Shown piece after piece: positions 38,591 through 48,996 of a stretch of 64,000 bases of DNA (within the stretch, counting starts at the first letter, position 1; the number at the start of each line of letters is the position of its first letter). The notes beneath the pieces are model-generated. The model searched no databases, had not been told where the DNA came from, and was given only the letters and a program-made list of their open reading frames with translations. The stretch is from Chloroflexota bacterium (GTDB lineage: Bacteria; Chloroflexota; UBA6077; FW602-bin22; JBCLEL01): positions 3,547,317 to 3,611,316 of the forward strand of contig OZ253568.1 in the NCBI GenBank assembly GCA_965262895.1. Direction: 5' to 3'. The position numbers were made by a program, and so were the translations under genes.

Positions 38591-39727
38591 CTACTCATCC
38601 GCCGAACTTCGCCAGTACAACAGCTCGTCGCCCAGGTAAACGCCAACGCCAATTAACCGCGTCCCGTCCGGATCATCGCTCAGCTTCGGCTCCACTCTTA
38701 CGAGGTTACGCTGCCACGCCGGCACGATCACTTGACCGTCAACGTCGATCAATAGTTCCCGAATTTGCGAAACGAACGGCCGCCAGATCACAGAGACCGG
38801 AGCCTCGGTCATCGGCCACGCATACTTCGCAAAAACGTAGTTGTAAATCGCCTGGCTGTCCGTTACGACGTCGGTAGTATTCATCACCACTGTATAGACT
38901 CGATGTCTGTCCCGGTCCACTGCCGAGACAAGGTTGTGGCCGGCTTTGTCTGTTGTACCCGTCTTGATGCCGATGGCGTCAGGCATCACGCTAAGCAATT
39001 TGTTGGTGGTCACCAAACGGCGTGGCGGAACCGTCTGGAGTTCAATCTCCTTCGTTCTCACTATTTCAGCGAAAATCGCATATTTCATCGCTTCCCGAGC
39101 GATCATGACAATGTCCCGTGGTGTACTGAAATGGCCCGCCGCATCTAGGCCATGTGGATTTACAAAATTCGAGTTCTCGAGTCCGAGACGGTCAAAGTGC
39201 GCATTCATCATCTGGGCGAACTTTATAGGGTCACCTGCCAGGTGTATCGCGATGGCTAGCGCAGCATCATTCCCCGAAGGAATCAATAGGCCGTACAGTA
39301 GCTGTCTAAGGGTCAGACGCTCGCCCCGGCGCAAACCCATCAATGAGCTTCCAGGCAGGTCCGCCGCATCGACCGTCGAGGTAACAACCTCCTCAAGATT
39401 TCCATACTCTAAAGCCTGTAGAGCCGTCATGATCTTGGTCATACTTGCCGGCGGTCGAGGGACATCCGGAAGTTTCTCGTACAGGACTTGCTCGGTGGCG
39501 TCATCCATCGTAATCGCCGCTCTGGCACGTGTTTCGGGCGGTGCCAGGTATTGTATTTGCTTGACCAAGTGTTGATTGAGAGGCGCATGAGCTGCGCGGC
39601 TTTCGATATAGGCCGGCGGCCCAAATCCCGTTACCACCAAGCCGGTCATTAAGAGAAGAGTCAGCAAACCATAAAGCAATGGGCTACGGCGAACGGTATC
39701 CGCTCTGATCGGTAGTTGTTTCGACAT
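38591..39727 (-). CDS. D-alanyl-D-alanine carboxypeptidase (peptidase S11)
   Basis: Start moved to ATG 39727 (MSKQLPIRADTVRRSPLLYGLLTLLLMTG, a signal/anchor). SxxK (SMTK), SGN and KTG (KTGTT) motifs. The ORF-track start 40045 adds 106 implausible residues that overlap the next gene. Confidence 0.8.
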   Translation of the reverse strand: MSKQLPIRADTVRRSPLLYGLLTLLLMTGLVVTGFGPPAYIESRAAHAPLNQHLVKQIQYLAPPETRARAAITMDDATEQVLYEKLPDVPRPPASMTKIMTALQALEYGNLEEVVTSTVDAADLPGSSLMGLRRGERLTLRQLLYGLLIPSGNDAALAIAIHLAGDPIKFAQMMNAHFDRLGLENSNFVNPHGLDAAGHFSTPRDIVMIAREAMKYAIFAEIVRTKEIELQTVPPRRLVTTNKLLSVMPDAIGIKTGTTDKAGHNLVSAVDRDRHRVYTVVMNTTDVVTDSQAIYNYVFAKYAWPMTEAPVSVIWRPFVSQIRELLIDVDGQVIVPAWQRNLVRVEPKLSDDPDGTRLIGVGVYLGDELLYWRSSADE

Positions 39728-39951
39728 GCGTACCCGACTTGGATCAGGGTCGGTGATCAGCGAAGAGTTTCGAAGCCGAAATCGTGCATGTGGACCGCCC
39801 GTTAGGGACTGCTGATATTCGTCGCCAAACGCCACACGCTCTGCCTGAAACTCTGGTGAAAAAACGGCTCGTCGGACTGTCGAATCCGCATCCAAGTGTC
39901 GACCCACGCTTTGCGTTTTCAGTGTGTATATCCAAGTCCATTCTGACGGCG

Positions 39952-40302
39952 TCACTTCATCCGGCGAATGAACAGCCGCAGAATCCACGCGGCAAAGACG
40001 CCGGCGCTGATCAAGGTCCCTACCAGGTAGAGGATAACGAAGCATGGTGGCTGAACTCTATCGATAAAGGTGGCAATCGGACCCTCGATCCACTCGAATT
40101 GAGCGCCCAACGTCGCGTAAAGCAGGCTTGATGAAACAGCTAGACAGATAAACGAGAAGATCGGAACCAAGACTTCCTGTGGTTCCACGGTGGAGTACGT
40201 CTCCACAGGCCTGTGCCCGGGACTCAGACCCGTTCCACATTCGATACACTGGACAACTGCTTCAGCGTATTCACGGTTGCAATTAGGACAATAGGCCACC
40301 AC
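39952..40302 (-). CDS. Zinc-ribbon membrane protein, function unknown
   Basis: 116 aa: MVAYCPNCNREYAEAVVQCIECG (CxxC...CxxC) followed by three hydrophobic helices. Confidence 0.5.
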   Translation of the reverse strand: MVAYCPNCNREYAEAVVQCIECGTGLSPGHRPVETYSTVEPQEVLVPIFSFICLAVSSSLLYATLGAQFEWIEGPIATFIDRVQPPCFVILYLVGTLISAGVFAAWILRLFIRRMK

Positions 40303-40447
40303 TTCCTCCCGGTTGATGAGTGTAGCGCTTCAGGTGGCTATAATGCCAGCCGGACCTGGGGAACCCCATCGATTCACTGTGGCGAATCACTTGCCGGGTG
40401 AACTCAACTTCCGCCTAACGCGATTATGCTCATAATGTGAATTCAGG

Positions 40448-41011
40448 TTGGTTGCACGTTCCCTTTGCGCCGACTTGCAAGCATACTTAGAAGCACACGT
40501 GGACGCTTTCAGCATATATTTTGGTGGAGGAGGCCAGCCAACAGTGAACGCCCGTGATAGCGAAACCCGCATCGCCATCCTCGCAGATTCTCTCCGGAGT
40601 GAAATGAATAAGACGATAGACCAATTGGCCGAATCTGCCCGGCGTTTAGCGCCCCCGGCGTCTAGTGAGGCGCTGCTACACCTCGAATGGTTTACTCGCT
40701 TCTGTCTGGAAACCCAGCTAGCGCCGTCTATCTTGGCGATCGCATCCGCGATCTGCGGGTCGGAATCGACTAAACCTGACCCCTTGAGCGAGGAAAGCCG
40801 GACCATCGAAGCATTGCGTGCACTGGTGGCTCGCGTCCAAACACGCCCGTTGCTGGAGATGGATAGCGAGTTCGAACTGTACATGATTGAGAAGCATAAG
40901 TCGCTGTTTCCTGGCGAGGGTGCATTGCCTTCCGGTGACCTGGGCAGGGAACAGTTGTCCAGGCGGAGATTCGACGACGTGATCTCGCAAATCGACACAA
41001 TTGATGACTGA
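40448..41011 (+). CDS. Hypothetical protein
   Basis: 187-aa ORF with protein-like composition. Chosen over the overlapping antisense ORFs 40387..40998, which are Ser/Arg/Cys-rich. No family recognised. Confidence 0.4.
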   Translation: MVARSLCADLQAYLEAHVDAFSIYFGGGGQPTVNARDSETRIAILADSLRSEMNKTIDQLAESARRLAPPASSEALLHLEWFTRFCLETQLAPSILAIASAICGSESTKPDPLSEESRTIEALRALVARVQTRPLLEMDSEFELYMIEKHKSLFPGEGALPSGDLGREQLSRRRFDDVISQIDTIDD

Positions 41012-41121
41012 GGATCGGGGCGCGCACCGCCAGTATAGATTAGGTTATTCGTGCGAATCGTCGTCTTATCGTCTTGGGCAAGCAGTGTCTTTGAGTCGTG
41101 TTGCTACCAAGTCCGGCTCGC

Positions 41122-43062
41122 CTATTCCACCATGCTGCCTAAGCGGCGAAGCGCGGCCTGACCGACAAAATACGACCTCGACATAGTCAACTGGGTCACG
41201 TCGTGGTCCCGTCTCAGTTGCTCCTTGGCTCCGGGATCGATCGGGACTGAAGTGAGCTCACGAACCGCCACCGGTCCGTCCAAGACATCTATCGGCGAAT
41301 CCGGCTCCAGCTCGACAATTCCACTCGATAGATCGCGTAGCCACTCGATCGCCGCGTCTGTTCGATCAGCCGGCAGCAGCAAACGAACCTCCTCGCGGTC
41401 ATGGTCGTCCCGGCCCATCCACGCGACTGCTGAGTTTGACAGCACAGTTCCGTCGACCCTGCGTATTGCCGCCGATTGCCAACGTCCAAGCTGCCAATTC
41501 TCTACCGCCACGTCGGACGCCTGCGAGATGAAGCTTCGTGCCCGTGCACCGAGTATTTCCACCAAGACCGATTCTCCATCTCTTCCACGCACTTCCGGCA
41601 AGCCTGCGCACCGCTGCGGCCCGGCCGCCTTCGATCGAATCAATTCTCGGACGCGCAGCCGAGATTCCTTCAGGACACCTTGGTCTATCTTGCCGGCCGG
41701 TCGGCGGCTCTTGGACACGGCGTATGAATACGGACGGATCGCGACTAGAACATTGGCGATGATATCCGCGATCTCGGCCATGTCATCGTCGTCGAATCCA
41801 CGTTGGCTCAACCATGGCGTCCCAAGCCGGATAGCGCCGGGGAACCGAGGTCGAGTGTCGCCGTAGATCGTGTTTCCATTGCAAACTATGCCGACCTGTT
41901 CCAAGAATCTAGCAGCCACATTTCCGTCCAAACGCTCTCCGTCCTTGCTCTTCAACACCCGGCAATCCACTAAGCACAGATGAGTATTTGTTCCTCCGTA
42001 GGCAATGGTCAACCCTCTTGCCGCCAACTCGTTGGCCAGCCGTTTCGCGTTAGCGACGATCTGTTGTTGAAGCTCGCGGAACGGTTCGGTCTTGGCAATC
42101 GCAAAAGCTACAGCCATCGCCGCTATGGTGTTTACGTGTGGGCCGCCCTGCTCGCCAGGAAAGACAGCCCGGTCGATTCGACGAGCCAGCGACTCGTCAG
42201 TTGTCAAAATGATCGCGCCGCGCGGACCTATCATTGTCTTGTGGGTTGTCGCGCTGGTTACATCGACTATTCCTACCGGATTGGGGAACAGCCCGGCTAC
42301 CGCGAGACCCGCGGTATGAGAGATGTCGGCCACCAGGTAGCATTTCTCCGGCAAAGAGTCCGCGATTTCGCGTAAGCGTTGCCAGTCTATGTCCCAAGGA
42401 TAAGCCGATGCTCCTGCCACGATCAGCTTGGGTCTGTTCTCGCGCGCCAGCTGTTCCACCTGGTCGAAGTCCAAGCGGCCAGTTTCCTCGTTCACACTGT
42501 AGGAAACAACCCGATAGTTCTTGCCTGATCGGTTGACCGGGCTGCCGTGGGTAAGATGGCCGCCGTGAGCAAGGTTCATTCCCATCAACGTATCGCCATG
42601 CTGTAGCAATGCGCTGTAGACGGCGTTGTTTGCCGGAGCGCCGGAAAGTGGCTGAACGTTGGCGAAGATTCGACTAAAGCCGGCCCGATCGTTCGCGAAA
42701 AGCTGTCTGATCCGCCTGATTGCCAGCGCCTCGACCAGATTCGCCATCTCGGTTCCTTGGTAGTAGCGTCGGTCGCCCAGCCTGTGATGACGGGCGATTT
42801 GATGTCCAAGGTCGCCGAGTAGCGACTCGTCCTCGGATAAAGCTTCCAGGGAAGGGTATCCCTCTGCGTAAATGTTTGAGAATACCGACCCCATCGCCTG
42901 CCGGACAGCCGTTGGCGCCACGCTCTCCGATGGGATCATTATCAGCTTTTCAAATTGGCGATGCTCCTCAGCACGGATGATTCGAGAGACGATCGGATCT
43001 GCCGAGTCAATCGATTCCTCGAACAAAAGCCCTTTCTCTTCAACCGTGATCGACATCGGCAA
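41122..43062 (-). CDS. glyA: Serine hydroxymethyltransferase fused to a C-terminal GcvT/YgfZ-like folate-binding-type domain
   Basis: 646 aa. Residues ~1-430 are canonical SHMT (…SGAPANNAVYSALLQHGDTLMGMNLAHGGHLTHGS…, …TTHKTMIGPRGAIILT…). The extra ~215 aa (…VEILGARARSFISQASDVAVENWQLGRWQSAAI…VRLLLPADRTDAAIEWLRDL…) resemble the aminomethyltransferase fold pattern. Confidence 0.75.
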   Translation of the reverse strand: MPMSITVEEKGLLFEESIDSADPIVSRIIRAEEHRQFEKLIMIPSESVAPTAVRQAMGSVFSNIYAEGYPSLEALSEDESLLGDLGHQIARHHRLGDRRYYQGTEMANLVEALAIRRIRQLFANDRAGFSRIFANVQPLSGAPANNAVYSALLQHGDTLMGMNLAHGGHLTHGSPVNRSGKNYRVVSYSVNEETGRLDFDQVEQLARENRPKLIVAGASAYPWDIDWQRLREIADSLPEKCYLVADISHTAGLAVAGLFPNPVGIVDVTSATTHKTMIGPRGAIILTTDESLARRIDRAVFPGEQGGPHVNTIAAMAVAFAIAKTEPFRELQQQIVANAKRLANELAARGLTIAYGGTNTHLCLVDCRVLKSKDGERLDGNVAARFLEQVGIVCNGNTIYGDTRPRFPGAIRLGTPWLSQRGFDDDDMAEIADIIANVLVAIRPYSYAVSKSRRPAGKIDQGVLKESRLRVRELIRSKAAGPQRCAGLPEVRGRDGESVLVEILGARARSFISQASDVAVENWQLGRWQSAAIRRVDGTVLSNSAVAWMGRDDHDREEVRLLLPADRTDAAIEWLRDLSSGIVELEPDSPIDVLDGPVAVRELTSVPIDPGAKEQLRRDHDVTQLTMSRSYFVGQAALRRLGSMVE

Positions 43063-43141
43063 TTCACCTCAACCGGCAGAATTCACTCTTGACAACAAGA
43101 TGGCCCCAGAACGGCGCTTAGGACGATAAGCCGCGGCCGAG

Positions 43142-44536
43142 CTACGTCCGGCGGGTAGCGCCAGCCGGCTCCTCAACCCCCTGATACGCTGCATCTAGAA
43201 GTTGGACTGGGTGCAATACCTTGGTATTTTTGTTGTACCGGCGAGCGCCTGCTTCAAGTTGCATCAAGCAGCCCGGGTTGCCGGTAACTACGATTTCGGC
43301 TCCGGTCGCCGTGGCATTGCCCATTTTGCGCTCCAAGATTTTCTCGGCCCGTTCAGGGTGTGTCAGATTGTAGACGCCCGCGCTGCCGCAGCACCAATCC
43401 GCTTCATTCATCTCGACCAGCTCGACGCCAGGGACTGACTCTATCATCTTGCGCGGCTCCTTTGTAACACCCTGAGCGTGACATAGATGACAGGCCTCGT
43501 GATAGGTGACCCGCTTGTTGATCTCACCTTTCGGCTGTCTCAACGGGATCATCGTCAGAAACTCGCTGATGTCGCGGACTTTCGAGCTGAATGCCTTGGC
43601 TCGTTCTGCGTACTCAGGTTCATCGTGGAGCAATTCGCCGTACTTCTTTGTTTCGGCCGAACAGGCGGCACAGTCAGCGACTATATAGTCCAGGTCCCAC
43701 TTCGAGAAGAGATCGACGTTTTGACGGGCCAGTTCGCGCAAGCCTTTGAAATCGCCTTCGCCGGCGTGTGGCGCTCCGCAGCACTTCTGTGCCTTGGGGG
43801 TAACTACCTCGCAGCCGTTCTCCACCAGAACATTCAAAGTCGATTGGCTTGATTCGGCGAAAACGACGTTCATAACACAGCCAAGGAAGAATCCGATTTG
43901 GTATGTGCGCTCGCCCTTAGCGGGTGTCACCTCGTCGATAATGCTGCGCAACGGACGGCCTGGCAACTTGGGCAAAAGCTCTTCCATAACCGCCAACCTC
44001 TTGAAGGGGCCGGGCAGCCGATGCAGTAGCCGCGTCTTGCGAACCAACCATTGCAGGCCAAGCTGTTGATAAAGTCGTAGAGGAATCGTCACTATCTCGA
44101 CTCGCTCTGGCGACATCAGCACCCATTCCAACGCAACCTTCTTTATTGCCCATTCAATGAAACCTGGTCTGCGCTGTTTCTCTATCTCCGCACGGGCACC
44201 CAACACTAACTCCCCCACCTTAACGCCGGAAGGACAGATAGTTTCGCACGCCCGGCAGTCGAGACAGTGATACATATGGTCGTGGAAACCAGGCGATTCG
44301 AGTGGCAGTCGCCCCTCGTCGACCGCTCGTATCAGCGCGACTCTGCCCCGTGGCGACTGCACTTCCAGGCGGTCGATCGCGTAAGTCGGACAGACGGACA
44401 AGCAGAGCCCGCAGCGGATACAGGCGAGCGCGTTCTGATAGTCCGGCGAATCTGGCGTGTTCATCAGCGGCAGCGTTGCCGGCCTGATACCGAGAGGTAT
44501 CGAAGATTGTTCCGTACTAGTTGGCGGGATTTGCAC
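43142..44536 (-). CDS. Fe-S oxidoreductase, GlcF/HdrD-like (2x 4Fe-4S ferredoxin motifs + 2 CCG domains)
   Basis: 464 aa: CIRCGLCLSVCP and CLDCRACETICP, then two cysteine-rich CCG-type repeats (…KCCGA…, …WCCGSAG…). Confidence 0.75.
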   Translation of the reverse strand: MQIPPTSTEQSSIPLGIRPATLPLMNTPDSPDYQNALACIRCGLCLSVCPTYAIDRLEVQSPRGRVALIRAVDEGRLPLESPGFHDHMYHCLDCRACETICPSGVKVGELVLGARAEIEKQRRPGFIEWAIKKVALEWVLMSPERVEIVTIPLRLYQQLGLQWLVRKTRLLHRLPGPFKRLAVMEELLPKLPGRPLRSIIDEVTPAKGERTYQIGFFLGCVMNVVFAESSQSTLNVLVENGCEVVTPKAQKCCGAPHAGEGDFKGLRELARQNVDLFSKWDLDYIVADCAACSAETKKYGELLHDEPEYAERAKAFSSKVRDISEFLTMIPLRQPKGEINKRVTYHEACHLCHAQGVTKEPRKMIESVPGVELVEMNEADWCCGSAGVYNLTHPERAEKILERKMGNATATGAEIVVTGNPGCLMQLEAGARRYNKNTKVLHPVQLLDAAYQGVEEPAGATRRT

Positions 44537-44990
44537 GCTCGGTGTCCTATGTGATGAATGTCGCGGTGAGTCTACCAGCCGGCTCCCGCCGGCAACAAGG
44601 ATTAGTGTGCATCGGCAAGTGGTTGGACATAAGCGCGATATACGCGATCTGTACTACAATCCATGCTCCAGCCAACCTCGAGGCCGAGTCCCCGCGCCCC
44701 GTCAGCCTGAACTCGCCGTCACGCGAATTTACACGCGACGGTGAAGGGAAACATGAAGCACTGAGGCATGTCCCCGGCCACGGCGTGTACAACCGGCCTT
44801 CGTGCCAAATCAATACAACCCCGGACCCTGCCTCAATCAACTTGTGCGGGATCGCTTCCCAAAACACAAGAATGCAAAACAGATTTCCATACGAACCCGT
44901 GGCCGTCCTGGTCCTTGCACAAAGCCCAGTCGCCCGTCCGTGTCATGCCGCGGAGGACCGACAACTGGATACGAAAGTGCGGAACCTCGG

Positions 44991-47099
44991 TTACCCCGAT
45001 TCAGCCTGTTCAGATTTGGCGGCCGGAATATCTGTAGACAATGCCTTCGTGACTTCGGCAACGGCCTCCGGCCCAATCTCCGCTGCTGCCTCAAGCGATC
45101 CTCGGGTCGCCTGACGAACTGCTTCTTCCTCGCTCAGGCCGAGCCGGCTCGCCTCCTCCCGCGCAACCTCGACGACTTCAACCGCTGCTGCGGCAAGGTC
45201 GGCGCCGGATTCCCCGCTGCCTTGGATCGCTCCAAACGCAACTCCGCGAACAGCGTCGCCGGCAGACATCGACGTGCGACCTAGTACGTCCATGACTGCC
45301 TTCGTCGACTCGTGCACCACAGTTATCGCGGACTCACCTCCGGCGCCAGCCGCATGCGCGACGCCTCGCGCCGCGTGACGAGCCACGTCGACACCTGTTT
45401 CACCAATTCCGGTAGTCTGTCCCACAATCTCCGACAACGCCCCGGTTACCTCTTCCGCGATGTGCGCCGTGGTTCTGATTCCAAAAGATGCGCCTGATCT
45501 GGCGGTCCGTCCAACCAGGGTCGTTCCAGTCACCGCCGCCCGGGTCGCCGCCGCTATCTGGTACGCTGTAACGCCCAACGCCACATCCATTCCCGGAACC
45601 TGTCGAAGGTAATTCAGAGGAAACTGAGTCACGAACTGCAGTCCAGGGACCGAACTCATGGCCTGGGTAAACTCTCTCGATTCCGCCATGAGTTCCTCCA
45701 TCACAACCTCTCGCCCAACCTCACCCTCTTCTTGTATCGTGGTCAATGTTTTCAGGGTGATCAGCCCAATGATGAATGCGATCGCGAAAAGGAAGTCGTA
45801 TCCGGTGAGATTAACGGCCGGAATCTCCAATGACCCGCCTGGGTCCATCCACGTGAACTCAACCGTTATCTGCCTGACGCTGAAGAAGTCGGCGAAGAGT
45901 CCGCCAACTAGTGGACCGATACCGGCGCCGAGGTTGCCAGCCAGCGACGCACCAGCTAGGTAAGGCGTCGCCTGGCCTTTGGGCGACAGTTTCATTCCGA
46001 TAGTACCTCCCGCCACGCTGATTCCGGCCCCCGCCGCGCCGGCGAGGAAATGCAGCAATACGAGCAGAGGTATCGTAAGATCGTGGCGTTCGGGCAGAGT
46101 AGTGAATGTCCATCCGACTATGACAAGAATGTACAGGGACGCATTTACCGACAGCACAGCCTTGTTTCCAAGCTTGTCGATCAACGGTCCCCACACACGG
46201 AAGAAGATAACATTGACCAATTGGCTCAACACCGTCAGCGCCATGACCTCCGAGAGAGGCATCTCTAGCCGTTGAAGCATGTAGATCGCGAAGAACGGGA
46301 CTGCCAGATTCAGCGCGAATCCCCAGGAGAATAGGAATTTCATGAGTTGTTGGAAGTTCTTGTCCCGCAATGGAGCAGCGAGCATCCTTAACGGCGAGGG
46401 TTGGGGGCCAGACTGCGCCGGCATCTGAGGCTCTGGCATTCGCGCCATGAATATCGCGCTAGGTATGCCCAGCACCAAAGCTCCCAGGGCAATCACGATC
46501 GTGTATCCCAGCAGGGCGTTTTCTTCCGACGCTTGGGCGCGCCAGTAGTCGATGAACAATGCCGCAGCAATCCCGATCGCCGCCGCAGCAATAGTGCCAA
46601 ACATGAGCCTCCGCGAGAAGGTCCGACCAATAATCTGCTGCGGCACGATGTCTCTTAGCCAGCTGCTATAGCCGGCGCTCGTAGCAGCCACGAGAAAACC
46701 GCGAACCGCTGTCACTCCCATCAGGGCCGATATGGCCAAAGCGCTCGGCACCCCCATGAATACGGGAATAAGAGCAACGAGAATCCACAAGGACTGCGCT
46801 AGGAAGAACGCGGGAACGGCTATAATTTTGCGCTTTCTCAGACGTTCAATCAGTATGACGAAGAGTAGCTGAAACGGTTGAGTGATAAATGGGATAGCCG
46901 CTAGAACGCCGATTTGGAAGTTGTTGGCTCCGAGAGCTAGTGCGAACGCGGCCAATATTCCACCAGCCGTGACGCTCCCCAATCCCATCGACGCCACGCC
47001 TTCCCATGTCAGCATCCGCAACCCGACGTGGACTTCCTCTTCTGACAGCGTTGGCTTGGGCTGAAAGATTCTCAATCGCATCCTAGTTCCTTGCCTCAA
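44991..47099 (-). CDS. MFS transporter with ~230-aa Ala/Gly/Val-rich cytoplasmic C-terminal extension
   Basis: 702 aa. About 12 hydrophobic helices in residues 1-470, then a low-complexity helical tail. Confidence 0.7.
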   Translation of the reverse strand: MRQGTRMRLRIFQPKPTLSEEEVHVGLRMLTWEGVASMGLGSVTAGGILAAFALALGANNFQIGVLAAIPFITQPFQLLFVILIERLRKRKIIAVPAFFLAQSLWILVALIPVFMGVPSALAISALMGVTAVRGFLVAATSAGYSSWLRDIVPQQIIGRTFSRRLMFGTIAAAAIGIAAALFIDYWRAQASEENALLGYTIVIALGALVLGIPSAIFMARMPEPQMPAQSGPQPSPLRMLAAPLRDKNFQQLMKFLFSWGFALNLAVPFFAIYMLQRLEMPLSEVMALTVLSQLVNVIFFRVWGPLIDKLGNKAVLSVNASLYILVIVGWTFTTLPERHDLTIPLLVLLHFLAGAAGAGISVAGGTIGMKLSPKGQATPYLAGASLAGNLGAGIGPLVGGLFADFFSVRQITVEFTWMDPGGSLEIPAVNLTGYDFLFAIAFIIGLITLKTLTTIQEEGEVGREVVMEELMAESREFTQAMSSVPGLQFVTQFPLNYLRQVPGMDVALGVTAYQIAAATRAAVTGTTLVGRTARSGASFGIRTTAHIAEEVTGALSEIVGQTTGIGETGVDVARHAARGVAHAAGAGGESAITVVHESTKAVMDVLGRTSMSAGDAVRGVAFGAIQGSGESGADLAAAAVEVVEVAREEASRLGLSEEEAVRQATRGSLEAAAEIGPEAVAEVTKALSTDIPAAKSEQAESG

Positions 47100-47234
47100 C
47101 CGAGTGTGTCAATGACCTGATCGTAATTGTATTGCCCCCCGACGTTAGAATCCAAAGATATGGACCCTGGTGGCGACCGCTCGTCGACTGATCCGTACAT
47201 GGTGTCATGCAACTTCCAAGGTGACTTAGACCCC

Positions 47235-47575
47235 CACCATCCCCCGCTCTCGTCATTCCGTCCACGCGTCTCCTCATCACGCGAAGGCGGGAATCCACGA
47301 ACCGTGGCCGCGAGGAAAGACGACAGTCTAGAAACAACGGACTAGGTCCACCGAGAAAAACGTAGCGCTGGGGCTTGTCCCCAGTTCAGGGCACGGCGGG
47401 CAGCGCGCCCTGTTTGTACCGTCCGGCGTCCCACCATTTTCATCCCCTTACGCGGCCTCCGCAAGGCCATCGGCGATTCCGGCGAAAGCACGCCTCGTAC
47501 CCCGATACGGGGCCGGAATCCAGAGGAGAAGTGGACAGCACCAATCTTCATGCCCTGGCGTCCGGCCGGGTTCCG
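47235..47575 (+). repeat. Mosaic hairpin-repeat cluster 6
   Basis: Contains B with upstream half-site (47251-47298), C (47361-47384), D (47432-47480), B carrying a nested 22-23 nt hairpin insert (47473-47526) and an E-like tail. Confidence 0.8.
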
Positions 47576-47597
47576 ACAAGAAAGAGTGCTACGCGAC

Positions 47598-48996
47598 TCA
47601 TTCTAGAGCAGTGCCGGCAAGAAGGTCAACGACAAACCGGACAGCAACAAGATCCCGCACACGTCGGTAAATGTCGTCAGTATTACTCCGGATGCGAGCG
47701 CCGGATCTATAACGAAGTGACTTCAATACTAGAGGAGTGAGCACGCCCGTAAGTGCCGCCACCAGCATGCTTCCGACGATCGCCGCGGCGACTACCAACG
47801 CCAGTACGGCGTCTCCTCGCCACACAAACGCTATCAAGCCGGTTATCGCGCCGATCGCTGCCCCATCTATCAATCCCATCGAAACTTCTTTGAACAGCGC
47901 TCGACCGGCCTCATTTGCCCTGATACCGCCCAACGCCAGCTCGCGTGTGATGATAGTTAGCGTCTGAACGCCGGTATTGCCACTTTGGCCGGCTATGATC
48001 GGCATAAACACGGCCAAGACCGCAACCTTGGCTACCACATCCTCGAACAAGCTGACGGTCAGACCGGCCAGAAAAACGGTGGCCAAGTTCACGAACAACC
48101 AGGGCAGCCTGCGCCGCACCGACTCGACTATGGGTGTGTTGATCCGTTCGTATTCGACCAGCCCGACCATCCTATTACATGTCTTCGGTATCTTCCTGTT
48201 GAATGATGTCGACCACGTCATCGACGGTTATCGTCCCAATCAGGCGCCGCTGAAGGTCAACTACAGGAAGCGCCAGCAGGTCGTAGGGTTGCAGTAAACG
48301 GGCGCACTCCTGTTGGTCTATACCGGCGCGCACCGAAATTACCTCTGGCGTCATTATGTCGCGGATCAATTCCCGTGGCGATGAGATGACGAGTTGGCGG
48401 AGGCTTACGATGCCGATCAGCCTACTCTGCCCGTCCACGACGTAAAGGTAGTGCGTGATATCGGCGCGTGGTTGAGTATTTCGCAGCCACGCGATGGCCC
48501 GCTCAACATTCACATCATCACGCAACGCAACCTAGTCCGGAACCATGATTCCGCCTGCGCTGTCTTCAGCGTACTGCATTAGGGATTCGACTTCGGAGGA
48601 CGCCTGCATGGCATCGAGGACCGCACCCGCTTGCTCGGGCCCCAACTGTCCCAAAACGTCAGCTGCGACGTCCGATTCCGTTAGGTCGAGAATCTGTGAG
48701 ATCTCCCCCGGATCCAGGTCCTCGACCACGTCCGCCGCGTCTTCGTCTTCCAGGTGCTCTAAGATGTCGGCCGACTCTTGAGGCGGAAGCCGTGTAATGA
48801 TCAGTTCTTGTTGATCGTGGCTCAGGCGCTCGACAATCCCGGCTTGGTCGGCCGGATGGAGCCGCTCGAGGAGCGCGATCCCCTGTTCAATCTCTCCAGA
48901 TCCAAAATGCTGAATGATCTTTTTCTTGATCGTGTCTTGATGTTGATCCAGCATACTTACCTTCCTTCGCGGTATTTGGAGCATCTCCGGCGACAC
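47598..48996 (-). pseudogene. mgtE: Magnesium transporter MgtE, disrupted by one nonsense codon and two frameshifts
   Basis: The three ORF-track pieces are the N-domain (48532..48996), CBS pair (48175..48525) and TM domain (47598..48221) of one MgtE. (i) In-frame TAG 48532-48534 in ...AGGIMVPD*VALRDDVNV, where MgtE has Tyr. (ii) Frameshift at ...QQEDTEDM** / NRMVGLVEYE (about 48175-48185). (iii) The +1 frame after ...VLKSLR reads IDPALASGVILTTFTDVCGILLLSGLSLTFLPALL*, the conserved MgtE C-terminus (shift near 47706-47716). Confidence 0.8.

Noticed and set aside
44537-44990. A 450-nt gene-less gap between the GlcF-like and MFS genes, considered as a possible ncRNA or degenerate repeat cluster.
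   Set aside because: Only faint resemblance to modules A, D and E (e.g. gcatgtccccggcc, ccgtggcc). No clear hairpin module, promoter/terminator pair or known RNA motif could be supported by eye.
45006-45022. A 16-mer tgttcagatttggcgg resembling the MITE left terminal repeat, inside the 3' end of the MFS gene.
   Set aside because: Similarity does not extend beyond the 16-mer and it lies within a continuous coding frame. It is probably chance.
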